DNA from: Octopus bimaculoides
Lineage: Eukaryota
Reading direction: 5' to 3'
Length of the DNA stretch: 64,000 nucleotides
Assembly: GCF_001194135.2 (NCBI RefSeq)
Contig: NC_068984.1
Span: 87,691,416 to 87,755,415, forward strand
Shown here: positions 13,975 to 27,636 of the stretch, in pieces
Numbering within the stretch: position 1 is the stretch's first letter
How the letters are laid out: the number at the start of each line of letters is the position of its first letter
Program-made: the position numbers and the translations under genes
The notes under the pieces: generated by a model
The model's database searches: none
What the model was told of the DNA's origin: nothing
Seen by the model: only the letters and a program-made list of their open reading frames with translations

Positions 13975-16900
13975 GACAAGGGAAATAACTCTTTTCCTTA
14001 CATTAAGTTACTGTTATTGAAAAGGAGTAGCTATTTCGTTTTGTTTATGAAGAATTTCATAATTTATCACATAAACTAGAGAATTTCGTTCTCACACAAC
14101 AATAAATTTTAGTAATGAGAAAAATAATCTGAAAGAGGGGAAAAAATGAATGGCATTTTTATTAAGATAGATATTACTTCCAGAGATAGTTGTGAGCATG
14201 ACAATGCATGGATAAACTCTGTATGATACAAGACAAGACAATAATCGGAAGATTCCCTTAATTTATAGCAGTTAAAATTAGTTTTCCTACAGGAAATGTT
14301 GAACCTTCATTTTATCTATCATTTTGTAATTTGTTGAAGCACCTGTTTTATATTTTTGTGATATATTCACATCATAACATGATGCCTTGTTAGCTCTGCT
14401 GCTTGAATTAATATAATTTTCTTTATCCCTTTTTTTTTTTGTTCTCTAAAGTTATTCCATCACTGTCTATTCTGTTTTCTAAATGTCTTTCTAAATCAAA
14501 ATCGTGAATATTTTGACAGCTTACAATTGATACCTTTAATTATAATGCCAAACATGTTGGTGAGAGTAAGAGAAGTTTCAGTCACCAGGCAGGTAACTTT
14601 GACAAGATCCATTCTCATCCTAATTACAGCTGAAGACTTCACTGTCAAAGCTAATGATTTCTTTTCTCAAAGGGCAAGAAATCACTTGTGAGTTATATAG
14701 ATCTCAAGTGTATAAATCTACGCATTATCTTTCTTGAACATAGCAAGCATAAGTTTCATATTTTAACTCTTTGTTCCAAAATAATGGCTGATATAGCTGC
14801 CGCTATTTGAATATACTTTAGTACTAGTAAATCTGCCTCTAAATACATCTGACTGGTAGAACTGTTATTGTGTTGAATGGGCTGTCTTGCAGTATCTAGT
14901 CCAGCCCTTCATGCTCTGAGCTGAAATCCCACTGTGGTTCACTTTGGTGATAAACTTCTGACTACTAACCAGTTTAAAACTACCAGTTGAACTTTAGATG
15001 CCTTTAGTTGAATCATCCAATTTGTTACAAGCATTTCAGTTGGGTTTTCATTTTGAGGATATTTTTCTTCCTCCCATCTACTGGTTGGAGGGAGGGGGAG
15101 GACATCCTCAATAGAGGCCCTAAAAAGCTTCATGGGCATTGTCCTTTCAGTTAATTGAGTGATAATAAATAAGTAATAAAATAAAAAGAAAACTCATTTA
15201 ACACTGAACAAACGCTGACATTTTACTTTGGTCACAGCATTACGTCTTCATGGAAAATAACCTGGCAATTATACATTTTAACATAACCTAAACTGTATTA
15301 CAAATGCTGCTTCTCTCTAAAATACTTTGGCCTGAAAATCTGTTAATTCTACCCACAATTGAGCAATTGCTCACAACTGAAATGATGTAAGCATCACACT
15401 CATGTCCATTACAGATTATGTTGTAAAGAAAACTATGTAAACTACACTAAACTTAAATGACAAAGAATTTCAGGTTTGCCTGTCTCCTTACTTTTATTGC
15501 TGCCATAAAAGTACTCAGCCACTTGTGCATTTATTCAGTGAGGAGGTAACTCAGTTAATTCAACAACTCATCACTGAAACTGACAGAGATGAATTGTTAA
15601 GTAGTTTCACAAAATTTTTATTGATTCTTTTTTCACGAACTAAAACCACTAATTTTTACCTTTCGAAATAGTGTGGCATGAAGTGGATGCGAAACACATC
15701 TCCTCTAGATGGTAATACCAAACTATCAAAGGTAACTTTCCCAGAAGCTCTGGCACATAGTCTAAACAACCAAATGAATTGAGATAATATAGAATAAAAT
15801 ATCCTGGCCAGAAACAATAAACCTGTTCAACAGCAGTTTCATGCTAATATTTGCATTAATGTTATACAATTATACAATAAAACATAAGCTTCAAGATCCT
15901 GTTTTCATAATTCATTGATGAAAACTTTGCTCCTCCTCTTCCTCTGCTTTGCCACCATCATAATATTTTTTTACATGCACTTTCCATGTTAGTATGAGCT
16001 GGATGGTTTGACAGGATCCACTGGGTTGGAGGGCTATGTATATCACACCAATGTTTTAATTTTGAAAGGCTTCTGTTGCTGGATGTTCTTCCTAATACAA
16101 ACACTTTACAAAGTGTACTGGGTGCATAAGCACTAGTGAGATTATAACTGACAAGACCAAAAAGCCATCCACTTTACAGAGTGTACTGGAATGCTTTTTT
16201 GTGACACCAGTAGTGCTAATGTAGTTTATCTTGTCACTCAAAAGACGAAAGAATCTCTATGAGTGAAGGAGTGAATAGGAGAGAGAATAGGTGAGGTGTT
16301 GAGAAGTATTATAGAAGGAACATAATCTATATAAAATATAATATTATTATATTATTGCCATTTCATGCTATACTGGGTCATCTTTGGTTGATTTCACTAG
16401 CATGTCAGTTTTGCTGGGTGAAGAAGTTATCAGCCCCTTGCTCGAACATTTGCTATTTCTGAAGACGGATATTGTGAGTGCTCTCCCACAGCTCTTCTCA
16501 TGGTGCAATATAGATGATTCTAAAAGAGAAAGAGAGAGAGGAGGGGGGCAGGTTGGCAGGCAGAGGAAATTGACTTTATTTACTACTTCTAAAAGGATGA
16601 AAAGGCAAAGTTCACCACAATATGGTTTGAAATCACACTGCAGACTATGGAAACAAATACTGGCAAAATATTTTATTCAATGTTCTAATAACTCAACTAA
16701 TTCACTACTTTAACCTCTTTATAAAGTATTCTTTTAACATAAAACAATCCAATGATTATATCTATCAAAGTTTGGTACAAACTATGTAAGGTAAGCATGT
16801 ATAATTTCAAAATTTAAATAAATGTAATTAACAGTATTTTTGCAGCACAATAACAACTGTTTTATTTATTCATGCACTTCTGTTTATATCACTTAAAATA

Positions 16901-17030
16901 CAAAGTTCCATGTTAAAATTTAACGTAAAGTGACATGTAGCAAAAAACTGAAGGGGAGAATTAATTGAATAACCTCAACAGAGAAAACTTGGTGCAAATC
17001 AGTAATTGTCTTAAAAAAATATTTATTTAC

Positions 17031-17142
17031 CTTAATATGAGAAGTATTTTCTTCTATATCACCTGGTAGCCTTTTAATATCGAGTTGATAATTTTTGTTC
17101 TGTAACTTTCCTTTGTTTCCATTAATTGTGATGCACATAGAT
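17031..17142 (-). CDS. Coding exon SMCITINGNKGKLQNKNYQLDIKRLPGDIEENTSHIK
   Basis: Acceptor tgtttcacag, donor AAG|gtaaat, 112 nt, phase 2 to 0; resembles the CS-domain segment xNGKxYxhxhxxLxxxIxxxxSxxK. Confidence 0.8.
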
Positions 17143-17611
17143 CTGTGAAACATATTTCATAGTTGATACAAAAAAAAAATAATAATAATTTGTGTGTGAG
17201 TGAGTGTATAAGTTTAAATTTGCTTGAATTAAAAACAACAAATGCAAATAAAAAAATGGCAACAAAAATACAAATACAAAAATTCACTTGCTACATTAAC
17301 CTCTACCTCCACCTGTTTGCTCCCCACTCACAGTCTTATGAAAGCATCCATTCCCTCAGCCCCCTTTTATGATCCACTGCACATATCCTGTTTTATGTTC
17401 ACCTTCTTATTCCTTAAAACTCCATCCTAATGTATCTCCTCTTATGACACATGTACTTGCCTCTCAATCATAGTTTAGTCTTTCAAATATTTGCCACAAA
17501 GGCACCCACCTCCACCTCCTAGATACTTCCTCTTAGTAGTGGGAGTTTTTCTCTTAACTTTTTCCTCTGTTCTTTTCTGTCTTGCTACTTACATGGCAAA
17601 CTCATCAGTGC

Positions 17612-17767
17612 CAATGGCATGAAAAGAGCACCCAATACACTTTGTGACGTGGTTGGCATTAGGAAGGGTATCCAGCTGTAGAAACTATTGGAGCTTGATG
17701 CAGTCCTACAGCTTGCCATTACCATGCCAACATGGGAAGCAGATGTTTGATGATGATGATGATGATG
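17612..17767 (+). mobile_element. RTE 3' UTR/tail fragment
   Basis: ggcattaggaagggtatccagctgtagaaac motif followed by (GAT)n. Confidence 0.7.
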
Positions 17768-18144
17768 AAAATTTACATATTAGAAAGAGATGTTTAGTAT
17801 GATATTGAATTCCCTTTGGCCACTGAGTTTCTAGCATAGCTAAAGAGAAAAGGGTGACTTGTTTTACTATATCCATAGTTTGTTATAACTGTTTTATATA
17901 TACTTTTCAAAAGCATCATTGTGACTTTTGCTTATTCAATACTGATCTTGTAACTACTATATTATTTTCTAAGTATTATATATTACAATACTGTATCACA
18001 AAATATTATCAATTTTTTTAAAGCAGAAATGGATAGATTATCTCCCTTCTGATATCTGAGCCAATTATATGGTTTTAACCTGTGATCTTTCAAGTACATG
18101 AAATATGTTTCTAATACAGTTTATGTGGGTTTCAAATTTTGGCA

Positions 18145-18343
18145 TGAGGCCAGCAAATTCAGAGGAGCAGGTAAATTGATTATGTTAACCCCAGTGATCA
18201 TCTGTTACTTATTTTAACAACTTCAAAAGGATGAAAAACAAAGTTGACCCTGGCAGCATTTGAACTCAGAATAGAAAGATGGATGAAATGTTGTTAAGCG
18301 TTTTACCTGGTATGTTAATGATTCTGCCAGCTAGCCACCTTAG
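18145..18343 (-). mobile_element. SINE family D
   Basis: Homology to 925-1125. Confidence 0.75.
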
Positions 18344-19033
18344 TGCAATTATATATCAAAATATATTTGTATCATGGATAGTGTCAGATACAATTAAATG
18401 ATTGATTTGGATTTTAGACTAGCTATATGCTCAGAAGCTGAACATAACTTACACCCATGTCATATCTATTCTTTGCTCAAAACCTAGATAATACAAGAAT
18501 GTAAGTTGCTTTTTATTAAGTGAACAACTAACACTCTCTCTTCATTCTCTTCCTTGTCTCTTCAGGAGAATAAATTTCGAATTAATGCTAGTAACATTTT
18601 TTTTTTCTCATTAAGATTATAATTTGCATGAATTAAAAAAAGTACTTTTGGCTCATCATCTCATGTAAAGTAAACTGCATTTCACTGCTGAACAGGTAAG
18701 ATTTCCAATTAGTGGCACACTACACATTACAGTGGTACAGTGTCATTCATTGGTTACAGTTGGTAAATTTTTATGTATTTATTTAGGGTATGAAATATAA
18801 CCAGGATGCTGATATCATTGTTTAATGTTATTATTGGTTAGTTTTACTACTTAGAGCCACTATTCTCACTTTGATATAAATTTATGCCCACTTTTTAATT
18901 ATTTCAATTTTTCCAATAGGGCACATTTTTGAACAAGAAACAAAACTCCATTGACACTAGGCACCCATACATGTATGGTTACAGTCACATAGATGTGTAC
19001 AAGATGCAAAGACACGTGCACACACATACATAT

Positions 19034-21812
19034 CATCATCATCATTTAACGTCAATTGTCCATGCTGGCATGGGTTGGACAGTTTGACTGGGCTACCATG
19101 CTGGAAGGCTGCACCAGACTCCAGTCTGATTTGGCATGGTTTTATATGGCTGGATACCCTTCCTAACGCCAACCTCTCCAAGAGTGTAATGGGTACTTTT
19201 ATGCACCACCAGCACGGGTGCCATTTGTGTGACACCACGATGCATATAAATGCCATTGGCATGGGTGCCAATTTTTGTGACACTGGTATCTGCCATGACT
19301 GCAATTTTGCTTGGCTTGATGGGTCTTCTACTCAAGTAGAACGTAATGCCAAAGGTGTTGGTCATTGTCTCCATGAGGCCCAACACTCAAGAGGAACTCA
19401 GCCACTTTGCCTCTGTGAGGCCTAATGTTCAAAAGATGTTTCTTATGAGGCTCAATGCTCGAAAGGAACTCTGTGAGGCCCAACATTCAAAAGATGTTCT
19501 TTACATGCCACCAGTATGGGTGCACTTGGCTTGACGGGTCCTCCCAAGCACAGCACATCGCCAAAGGTTTCGGTCACCAGTCAATGCCTCTGTGAGGCTC
19601 AAAGTTTGAAGATCATGCTTCACCACCTCATCCCATGTCTTCCTGCATCTACCTCTGCCACAAGTTCCCTACTCAGAGATTGGCATTTCTTCACACAGCT
19701 GTCCTCATCCACACGCATCACATGACCGTACCAGCACAGTCATCTCTCTTGCACGCCACATCTGATTCTTCTTATGCCTAACGTTTCTCTCAAGATGCTT
19801 GCACTCTGTTGGACATATACACTGACAATGCACATCCAGCAAAGCATACTGGCTTCATTTCTTTCAAGCCTATTCATGTCCTCGACTGTCATAGCCCATG
19901 TTTCACTGCCATGCAACATAGCTGTTTGCACACAAGCATCATACAATGTACCCTTCATTCTGAGAGAGAGGCCCTTTGTTACCAGCAGGGGTAGGAGCTC
20001 TCTGAACTTTTCCCAGCCTAATCTTATTCTCACAGCTACACTCTCGGAGCATCCACCTCCTCTACTAACTTTGTCACCTAGATAATGGAAGCTATCTACT
20101 ACCCCTAGCTTGCTGCCCTGACAGTTGATGGAGTCTATTTTCTGCATATTTTCAGTGTTTATTGTACCTGTGCACCTTCCACATATAAAAGTTAATTTCC
20201 TTGGTAACCTTCCTCTGATGATACTGCACTTTTTATGTGTCTAAAGTTTACACTGGTTATATTTTATGGAGTTTCTACCTACAACTTTTCTACAGCTTGG
20301 GGAGGGCCATTTACCTGAAGGGATTTGTGATTTGTCTGCCTTCCTACTTACTATGACTTTGGTTTTTGCTAGGTTAACTCTAAGGCCTTTTGATTCTAGA
20401 CCTTACTTCCATACCTGAAACTTCTTCTCTAGTTCAGGTTGTGATTCAGCTATAAGAGCAAGGTCATCAGCATAGAGGAGCTCCCAGGGGCAGCCTGTCT
20501 TGAATTCCTGTTATTGTTTGGGGAACTATGATGAACAAGAGGGGGCTGAGCACCAATCCTTGATGAAGCCCTACTTTGACCCTGAATTCTTTGCTGTACT
20601 CGTCCACCCTCACCTTACTTGTAGTGTCTCTGCACAAGGCTTGTACAGCTCTCACCAACCACTTGTCTATCCCTAGTTTCTGCATTGACCACCAGATAAG
20701 GGATTGGGGGACTCTGTCAAATGCTTTCTCCAAGTCAACAAAAGCCAAGTACAGAGATTTATCTTTGGCTATGTATTTCTCCTGCAGTTGCCTTACCAGA
20801 AATATAGCATCGGTGGTGCTTCTACCTGGCACAAAACCAAACTGTATCTCATCTAGACTAACTTTCTCCCTAATTAGTTAGGTTATGACTCTCTCTGCAA
20901 CCTTCATCACCTGATCCAACAATTTGATACCTCTGTAATTATTTCTATCTAAGGCAACACCTTTACCTATGTAGCAGTTGACTATAGTGCTGCTACACCA
21001 GTCATTGGGTATGAATCTTTCATGAACCACCTGATTTACAATACGGGTGACTAGACCATCTCAGCGGTGATTCCTGATGGCCTGGGGGCTTTCCCTGTCT
21101 TCATATCCATAATTGCTTTATCTACCAGGGTACTGTCGTTTCAGGTAGATGGTCCCTCAATTAGATCAACATCTTTTCATTCATTCTCCATGTTCAGCAG
21201 TCTTTCATAATGGCATCTCCAAGCCTCTTTCTTTAAAGACTCATTAAAAGCAAGTGCACCATCATCCATGCACTTCCTATGACATCACAATTTTCTCTCA
21301 CACACTGTCCTGCAATCCAAAATATTTCAGTTCTTTGGTCCTCACGATGCTGAATATAGGCAAACTTATTCTTTTCTGCCTCCCCCTTGGCTAGATACAC
21401 ATGTCTCCTAGCTTCCCTTCTGGCTATCTGATACAATTCCCTGCTACCTCACTCCTCTAGGCCTTCTCAGGCCTTTTTATTTGCTCTAATGGCCCTGTCT
21501 ACAGTATTGTTCTACCACCACGTTACCCTAGGTCTGGAAGGGACTTTGTACCAGCCACAGATTTGGACTGTGACACTCAGCAAGCTGTCCCACAGGAATT
21601 CCCAATAGCCCTCTATGTCACAAGTTTGTAGCTCCTCCTCCCTCTCATCAAATTTCTCAATTAGGATGTCCCTAAATCTCTGACCTAAATCTTTTCCAGA
21701 TTGGTCTGCTTCTTGGCATCCTTCTAGCCTGGAGTCTAAAATTGCTAATGACTAGTCTATGCTGGGTGGTATATTCTTCAGCAGGGAGGGTTTTTGTATT
21801 TAAGAGCAATCA
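19034..21812 (-). mobile_element. RTE-clade LINE, 5'-truncated, with RT core
   Basis: STTDAIFLVRQLQEKY..FVDLEKAFDRVP, PWELLYADDLALIAE (about 20440-20495), LYDACVQTAMLHGSETW, (GAT)n tail; frameshifts and stops. Confidence 0.95.
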
Positions 21813-22734
21813 TGCATCCCGCAACAATCACCAACCCTACTAGTTACCAAGTAAGGAAATAATCTCCCAGTTTAGCAAACAACAAAAAGTTTAACATGTT
21901 TTACATGGAAAACTGGAAACAAACAACAAGGTTTTTTACATTCCGCAGGACTAAGGAGGCACAAATTTAAAAGAACACATAGTTCACAGGAAATAGTATT
22001 GTTTTGTTATAATTTTATTTTAACAACTTGGATTTGAGCAGTTTGATGTGTGTGTGCACATATGAACATCATTTACTATTCAAATAGATATATTTGCAAG
22101 TGTCTAGCGATTATGACTACAATGATATTAAAACTGTAAAATACATGTTCTATGCTGGGTGTTTTGAAAACCTAACAATGCAAAAGAAATTTGGCAATTG
22201 AATTACATGGTAAACTGCAGTCATTCTTGCTTATAATGTTGTCTTTTTTATGTTTGACCCAAAGTTAACTTTGATCCAGCAGATCCCTCGTCTTTTATCA
22301 TATATAGTATATCTAGTATGTCCTGTCTTTTTTAAGATGATTGGTTGCAGTTCTTAAGAGATTTCTTGTAGTTTGAGGGGACCTCTTAAAGGTTATCAAC
22401 TCAGCTTATTTGTTTAATATATAGCAGTGGAAAAACAGATTAGCAGCCTCAGCTTTCTTATACCTTACCAGCTTAGAAAATAAAAGATACACTGGTTAAT
22501 GCATTTCTAGATGCAGTGTGTTTAAATATAAGACAGGATGGTCATGGTTAAAATGCCTTTCATAACAGATAAGTCTGTTGATGGCTGCAATGGGATAAAA
22601 CTACAGCTTATACAACAGATGATTAAAAAGAACCACATATAACAAAGCTTGTGATGAGGAATGCATGCAGATACTCAATACAAAGATTATTGCAAGAAAA
22701 TAGTCAATGACGTTAATATTTTAGGTGCATAAAT

Positions 22735-22975
22735 GTGTGTGTATGTGTATGTGTGTGTGCGTAACTATGAGTCTGTGTTTGTCCCCACTGTCATTGCTTG
22801 ACAACTGATGCTAGTGTCTTTATGTCTCCATAACTTAGCAGTTCAGCCAAAGAGGCCGATAGAATAAGTACTAGGCTTACAAAGAATAAATCCCAGGGTC
22901 GATTTCTTCAACTAAAACCCTTTGAGGTGGTGCTCCAGCATGGCTGCAGTCAAATAACTGAAACAAGTAAAAGAA
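22735..22975 (+). mobile_element. SINE family A, 3' half
   Basis: Homology to other copies. Confidence 0.8.
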
Positions 22976-23088
22976 TATCTGCAAAATGAATGCACAGTCT
23001 CTAAAACACAGAATGGGAAATGGAAGTTGGTTATTATGCATAATATACATATCAGTTGTAGAATAATGAAACACTATGTGGGTTGTTT

Positions 23089-23440
23089 AGTGGAGGCGCA
23101 ATGGCCCAGTGGTTAGGGCAGCGGACTTGCGGTCATAGGATCGCGATTTCGATTCCCAGACCGGGCGTAGTGAGTGTTTATTGAGTGAAAACACCTAAAG
23201 CTCCAAGAGGCTCCGGCAGGGGATAATGGCGAACCCTGCTGTACTCTTTCACCACAACTTTCTCTCAGGGGCCGACCTTGTCACACTGTGTCACACTAAA
23301 CCTCCCTGAGAACTACGTTAAGGGTACATGTGTCTGTGGAGTGCTCAGCCACTTGCACGTTAATTTCACGAGCAGGCTGTTCCGTTGATCGGATCAACTG
23401 GAACCCTCGGGGTTGTAAGCGACCGAGTGCCAACAACAAC
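23089..23440 (+). mobile_element. SINE family B
   Basis: 11-bp TSD gtgggttgttt; (AAC)n tail. Confidence 0.92.
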
Positions 23441-23524
23441 GTGGGTTGTTTGCTTGACCTGCAAGAAACAGGAGCCAAATCTCCCAAAATTTACAATCCA
23501 CTATTTTAAAAAGACATATTAGAT

Positions 23525-23848
23525 CAGTTGCTCTCAGTCAGGAGTTACATAGATGTTTAGGGGTCCACACAAGCAAAATACTACATTGGGGATGCACAGT
23601 AGTATATTAAGGGTCCATGAAAAAATTTTGCTTTAGATGTATTTTATTACAAGAAACAGCAAGATTTCTTTCTCAAATGTTTTACATAGTTCAAACAACA
23701 CAAGTGAATGTGTGTAAAAAAACAAAATAGGAATTTTGAAGACAGTATCTATAAAATTAGTTCCTAAACATTGAATGGCTATGGGGGTCCATCAGAATAA
23801 AATAATAATCAAAGGGGTCCATAGCTAAAAAATGGTTGAGAAGCCCTG
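23525..23848. mobile_element. hAT (Charlie-like) MITE
   Basis: CAGttgctctca / tgagaagccCTG termini; 8-bp TSD tattagat/tattagac. Confidence 0.8.
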
Positions 23849-24149
23849 TATTAGACAATGTAGTCAGAGATATACAAAAAACAAGATGGCTCCGGCTTGA
23901 ATGCCTTTGATCAGAGGTCACCTTAATTGAGTTGACAGGGAGAGGAAGCTTAGACAATAACATTATCTCTAAAATAAATGAACTATTAGAGCAACTAAAG
24001 TAAACTAATAAATTCCATGCTCAAATTCTGAATCCATATTTCAAACAATGGTTATCTGTAGTCTTTAGAAAGATGAAACAGACAAAAACATACATAATCA
24101 TATACACGACATACAAAAACATGAAGAATATGGAAATTTATAAGACAAC

Positions 24150-24273
24150 CTTGTATGGAATTCATAAATTACATTGGCATTTTTAGCATTTGGTTGATTT
24201 TTCTTGAATGGTTTCAGGTTAGGTATATCTAATATAACCTGTACAATGCCTGGTTTAAAGTTTTCATCAGTTA
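24150..24273 (-). CDS. Coding exon (I)TDENFKPGIVQVILDIPNLKPFKKNQPNAKNANVIYEFHT(R)
   Basis: Very strong acceptor tttttttttcttcttcttttcag; open frame, phase 1 to 2; donor AG|gttgtc is weak but gives NVIYEFHTRS, which aligns by eye to CacyBP-type CS domain ENVQVHFTERS. Confidence 0.8.
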
Positions 24274-24467
24274 CTGAAAAGAAGAAGAAAAAAAAATTAT
24301 AATTGTCATGAAAATATAAAATAGATAAAAATATAAGTACAGGTGTTGTATTGATAAGTATTTCCAGCATAATAATTTATTTTGACTAACTGAAAAACAT
24401 CCAGATCATGAAATAGAGTAAATTCATAATGAATATATAAATGTACACACACATACATATATACATA

Positions 24468-24822
24468 TAGGAGTGGCTGTGTAGTATGAACTTTGTTTCC
24501 CAACCACATGGTTCCAGTTCAGACCCTTGCCACCTTGGGCAAGTGTCTTTTGATTGGATTTGGAAGATGGAAACTGAAAGAAGCCCAACATATATATATG
24601 TGTGCGTGTGTATGTGGGCGTGCGTGTGTGTCCGAGTTTGTCACCCCACCATCACTTGACAACTGGTGTTAGTGTGTTTATGTCTTTGTAACATAGCACT
24701 TCGGCAGAAGAGACTGATGGAATAAGTGCTAGGTTTACAAAGAATAAGTGCTGGGGTTAATTGCTTCAACTAAAGGTGGCACTCCAGCATGGCCGCAGTC
24801 AGATGACTGAAACAAATAAAAA
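24468..24822 (+). mobile_element. SINE family A
   Basis: Head through tail. Confidence 0.85.
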
Positions 24823-24824
24823 GA

Positions 24825-24863
<39 letters not shown>

Positions 24864-24868
24864 TATAC

Positions 24869-26040
24869 TTATATCATCATCATTGTTTAACGTCCGTTTT
24901 TCATGCTGGCATGGGTTGGACGGTTCGACTGGGGTCTGGGAAGCTAAGAGGCTGCACCAGGCTCCAGTCTGATCTGGCAGTCTTTCTACAGCTGGATGCC
25001 CTTCCTAACGCCAACCACTCCAAGAGTGTAGTGGGTGCTTTTCACGTGCCAGAGGGGGCTGGCAATGACCACGATCGGTTGGTGCTTTTTATGTGCCACC
25101 GGCATGGAAGCCAGCGCTGGCATCGGCTATGTTTGGATGGTGCTTTTTACATGCCACCGGCACAGGGATCACAACTACAATTTCCATTTGATTTTGGTTT
25201 TGATGTACTTGACTCAATAGGTCTCCTCAAGCACAGTATGTCACCCTACAATCCAAGGTACTTTTGAGTGGGCTGGTTATGTGACACTGGTGTTGGTTAC
25301 AGCTGTGAACTCACTTTATTTTCTGGGTCTTCTCAATCACAGCATCTCTCCAGAAGTCTCTGTCTTTCGTCATTGCCTCTGTGAGGCCCAACGTTCGAAG
25401 GTCATGCCTGACCATCTCATCCCATGTCTTCCTGGGTCTCCCTCTACCCCGGATTCCTTCCACTGTTTGGGAGTGGCACTTCTTCACACAGATCTCCTCA
25501 TCCATCCGTAGTACATGACCATACTAGCTCAAACGTCTCTCTTGCATGCCACATCCGATGCTTCTTATGTCCAACATTTCTCTCAGGGCGCTTACAATCT
25601 GTTGTGTGTACACACTGACATTACACATCCAGCAGATCTTGCTAGCTTCATTTCTTTTGAGCCTACTCATGTCTTCAACAGTCACAGCCCATGTTTCACT
25701 GGCGTGAAGCATGGCAGTTCACACACAAGCATCGTACAATCTACCTTTCACTCTGAGCAAGAGGCCTTTTGTCACCAGTAGGGGTAGGAGCTTTCTGAAC
25801 TGTGCCCAGGCTATTCTCATTGTAGTGGTAACACTCTCTGAGCATCCACCCCTACTACAGACTTGGTGGAAGCTATCAGCTACTTCTAGTTTCTGGCATG
25901 TGATGGAATCTGTTTCCTGAGCATCTGTGGTGTTTATTGCCCCTGTGCATCTGCTGCACATGAAAGCTATCTTCCCGGTTAATTTTCCTTTGATGTTGCT
26001 GCACCTCTTATGTGTCCATAGCTTACACTGGGTTACATCT
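24869..26040 (-). mobile_element. RTE-clade LINE 3' fragment
   Basis: CKLWTHKRCSNIKGKLTG, MLHASETW, RGRGRPRKTW, same 3' UTR and (GAT)n tail as the other copies. Confidence 0.9.
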
Positions 26041-26226
26041 CTGTAAGTTAGTGGTTCGGCAAAAGAACTGAGAGAATAAGCACTAGACTTAAAAAATAAG
26101 CCATGGGGTTGATTTCTTTGACTAAAACCCTTCAAGGTGGTGCCCCGGCATGGCAGCAGTGGAATGACTGAAACAAATAACAAATAAACAAAAAGATAAA
26201 AGATATATATATATATATATAGATAG

Positions 26227-26277
<51 letters not shown>

Positions 26278-26695
26278 AGGTGTGGCTGTGTGGTAAGAAG
26301 CTTGCTTCCCAACTGCATGGTTCCAGGTTCAGTCCCATTGTGTGGCACTTTGGGTAAGTGTTTTCTATAGTTTTGGGCTGACCAAAGCCTTGTGAGTGAA
26401 TTTGGTAGACAGAAACTGAAAGAAGCCCATCATATATTTACATATATATATTTATGTGTATGTGTATCTTTGTGTCTGTACTTGTCTCCACTACCTTCCA
26501 CTATCGCTCGATGACCAATGTTGGTGCATTTACATCCTCTTAACTTAGTGGTTTGGCAAAACGGACCAATACAGTAAGTACTAGGCTTACAAAGAATAAG
26601 TCCTGGGGTCAATTTCTTAGACTAAAACTTTTTAAGGCGATGCTCCAGCATGGCTGCAGTAAAATGACTGAAACATGTCAAAGAATAGAAGAAAA
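26041..26695 (+). mobile_element. SINE family A: 3' half (26041-26200) plus full copy (26277-26695)
   Basis: Homology to other copies. Confidence 0.85.
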
Positions 26696-26915
26696 GAATG
26701 TATGTGTGTGTGTGCATGCGTGCATGTGTGTGTATGTGTATATGTATATGTATGTATATATATGTAAATATCAAACAGTGAGAATGCGTGCTCAGTGCTG
26801 CATTACTGGATAAAGATTCTTTATTTGAGCATTAAGGCTATAATTGGTAGCCTGTGGTATTGGTTTTGGTGATGATAATGTCTGTGACATGATGGTGAGT
26901 GTTATTGGCCATTAG

Positions 26916-27135
26916 CCCTTTAGTATATTCAACTAGCCATATCAGGTTTGAAGATTCTACCTGGTTTATGTTCAAACTGACCAGATCCAACCTCTCATAC
27001 CTACCTTACAATGTCATTCTAAAAATAAACAATCACATCACCGAAACCTCAAAGTATGAGATAATGTCTCATTAATTCGAAGCCATGTGAATAAGTAAGC
27101 ATTACATTTCACAGAGCAATCTGAATGCAAAAGGG
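26916..27135. mobile_element. piggyBac-like MITE
   Basis: CCCTTT..AAAGGG ends flanked by degenerate TTAA (ttag/tgaa). Confidence 0.45.
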
Positions 27136-27258
27136 TGAAGGAATTGATGGTGGCAGTGGTGGGGATGCTGTCCACATTGGTTGTTGTTTTTGTTTTTGTT
27201 GTTGATGGTTGTTGTATTAGTATTGATAATTGTGGTAGTTGTAAAAGTTGGTTCAAAC

Positions 27259-27636
27259 CAGTTGTTCTCAACTGGGGTCCTCATGACCCCTTGTGGCCCA
27301 CATAGGACTTTTGTGGGTTCATGCAAGCAAAGTAGTAAATTGGGAATCCACAGTGGTATTTGAAGGGTTTGCTTTAGATATATTTATCACAAGAAACAGC
27401 TAGGTTTCTTTCTCTAATGTTTTACATAGTTTAACATGTTTCTGGCCACAGAAACATGTTCTCTCAGAGAGTGCTGTGGCAAACTTATACGAGTGAAGAT
27501 GCGAAAATGGAAATTTTGAAAGAAGTATCTATAAAACTTGTTTCTAAACACTGAATGGCTATGGAGGTCCACAGAAATAAAATAGTATTCACAGGGGTCC
27601 ATAGGTTAAAAAAAAAAAGATGGTTGAGAAACACTG
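27259..27636. mobile_element. hAT MITE, same family
   Basis: CAGTTGTTCTCAAC / GTTGAGAAACACTG termini; internal homology to 23525-23848. Confidence 0.75.

Noticed and set aside
15660-15765. Minus-strand exon candidate open in two frames
   Set aside because: Its phases are incompatible with the flanking host exons (phase 0 intron).
23089-23170. tRNA gene
   Set aside because: It is a SINE head: continues into the SINE body, has a TSD and lacks a full cloverleaf.
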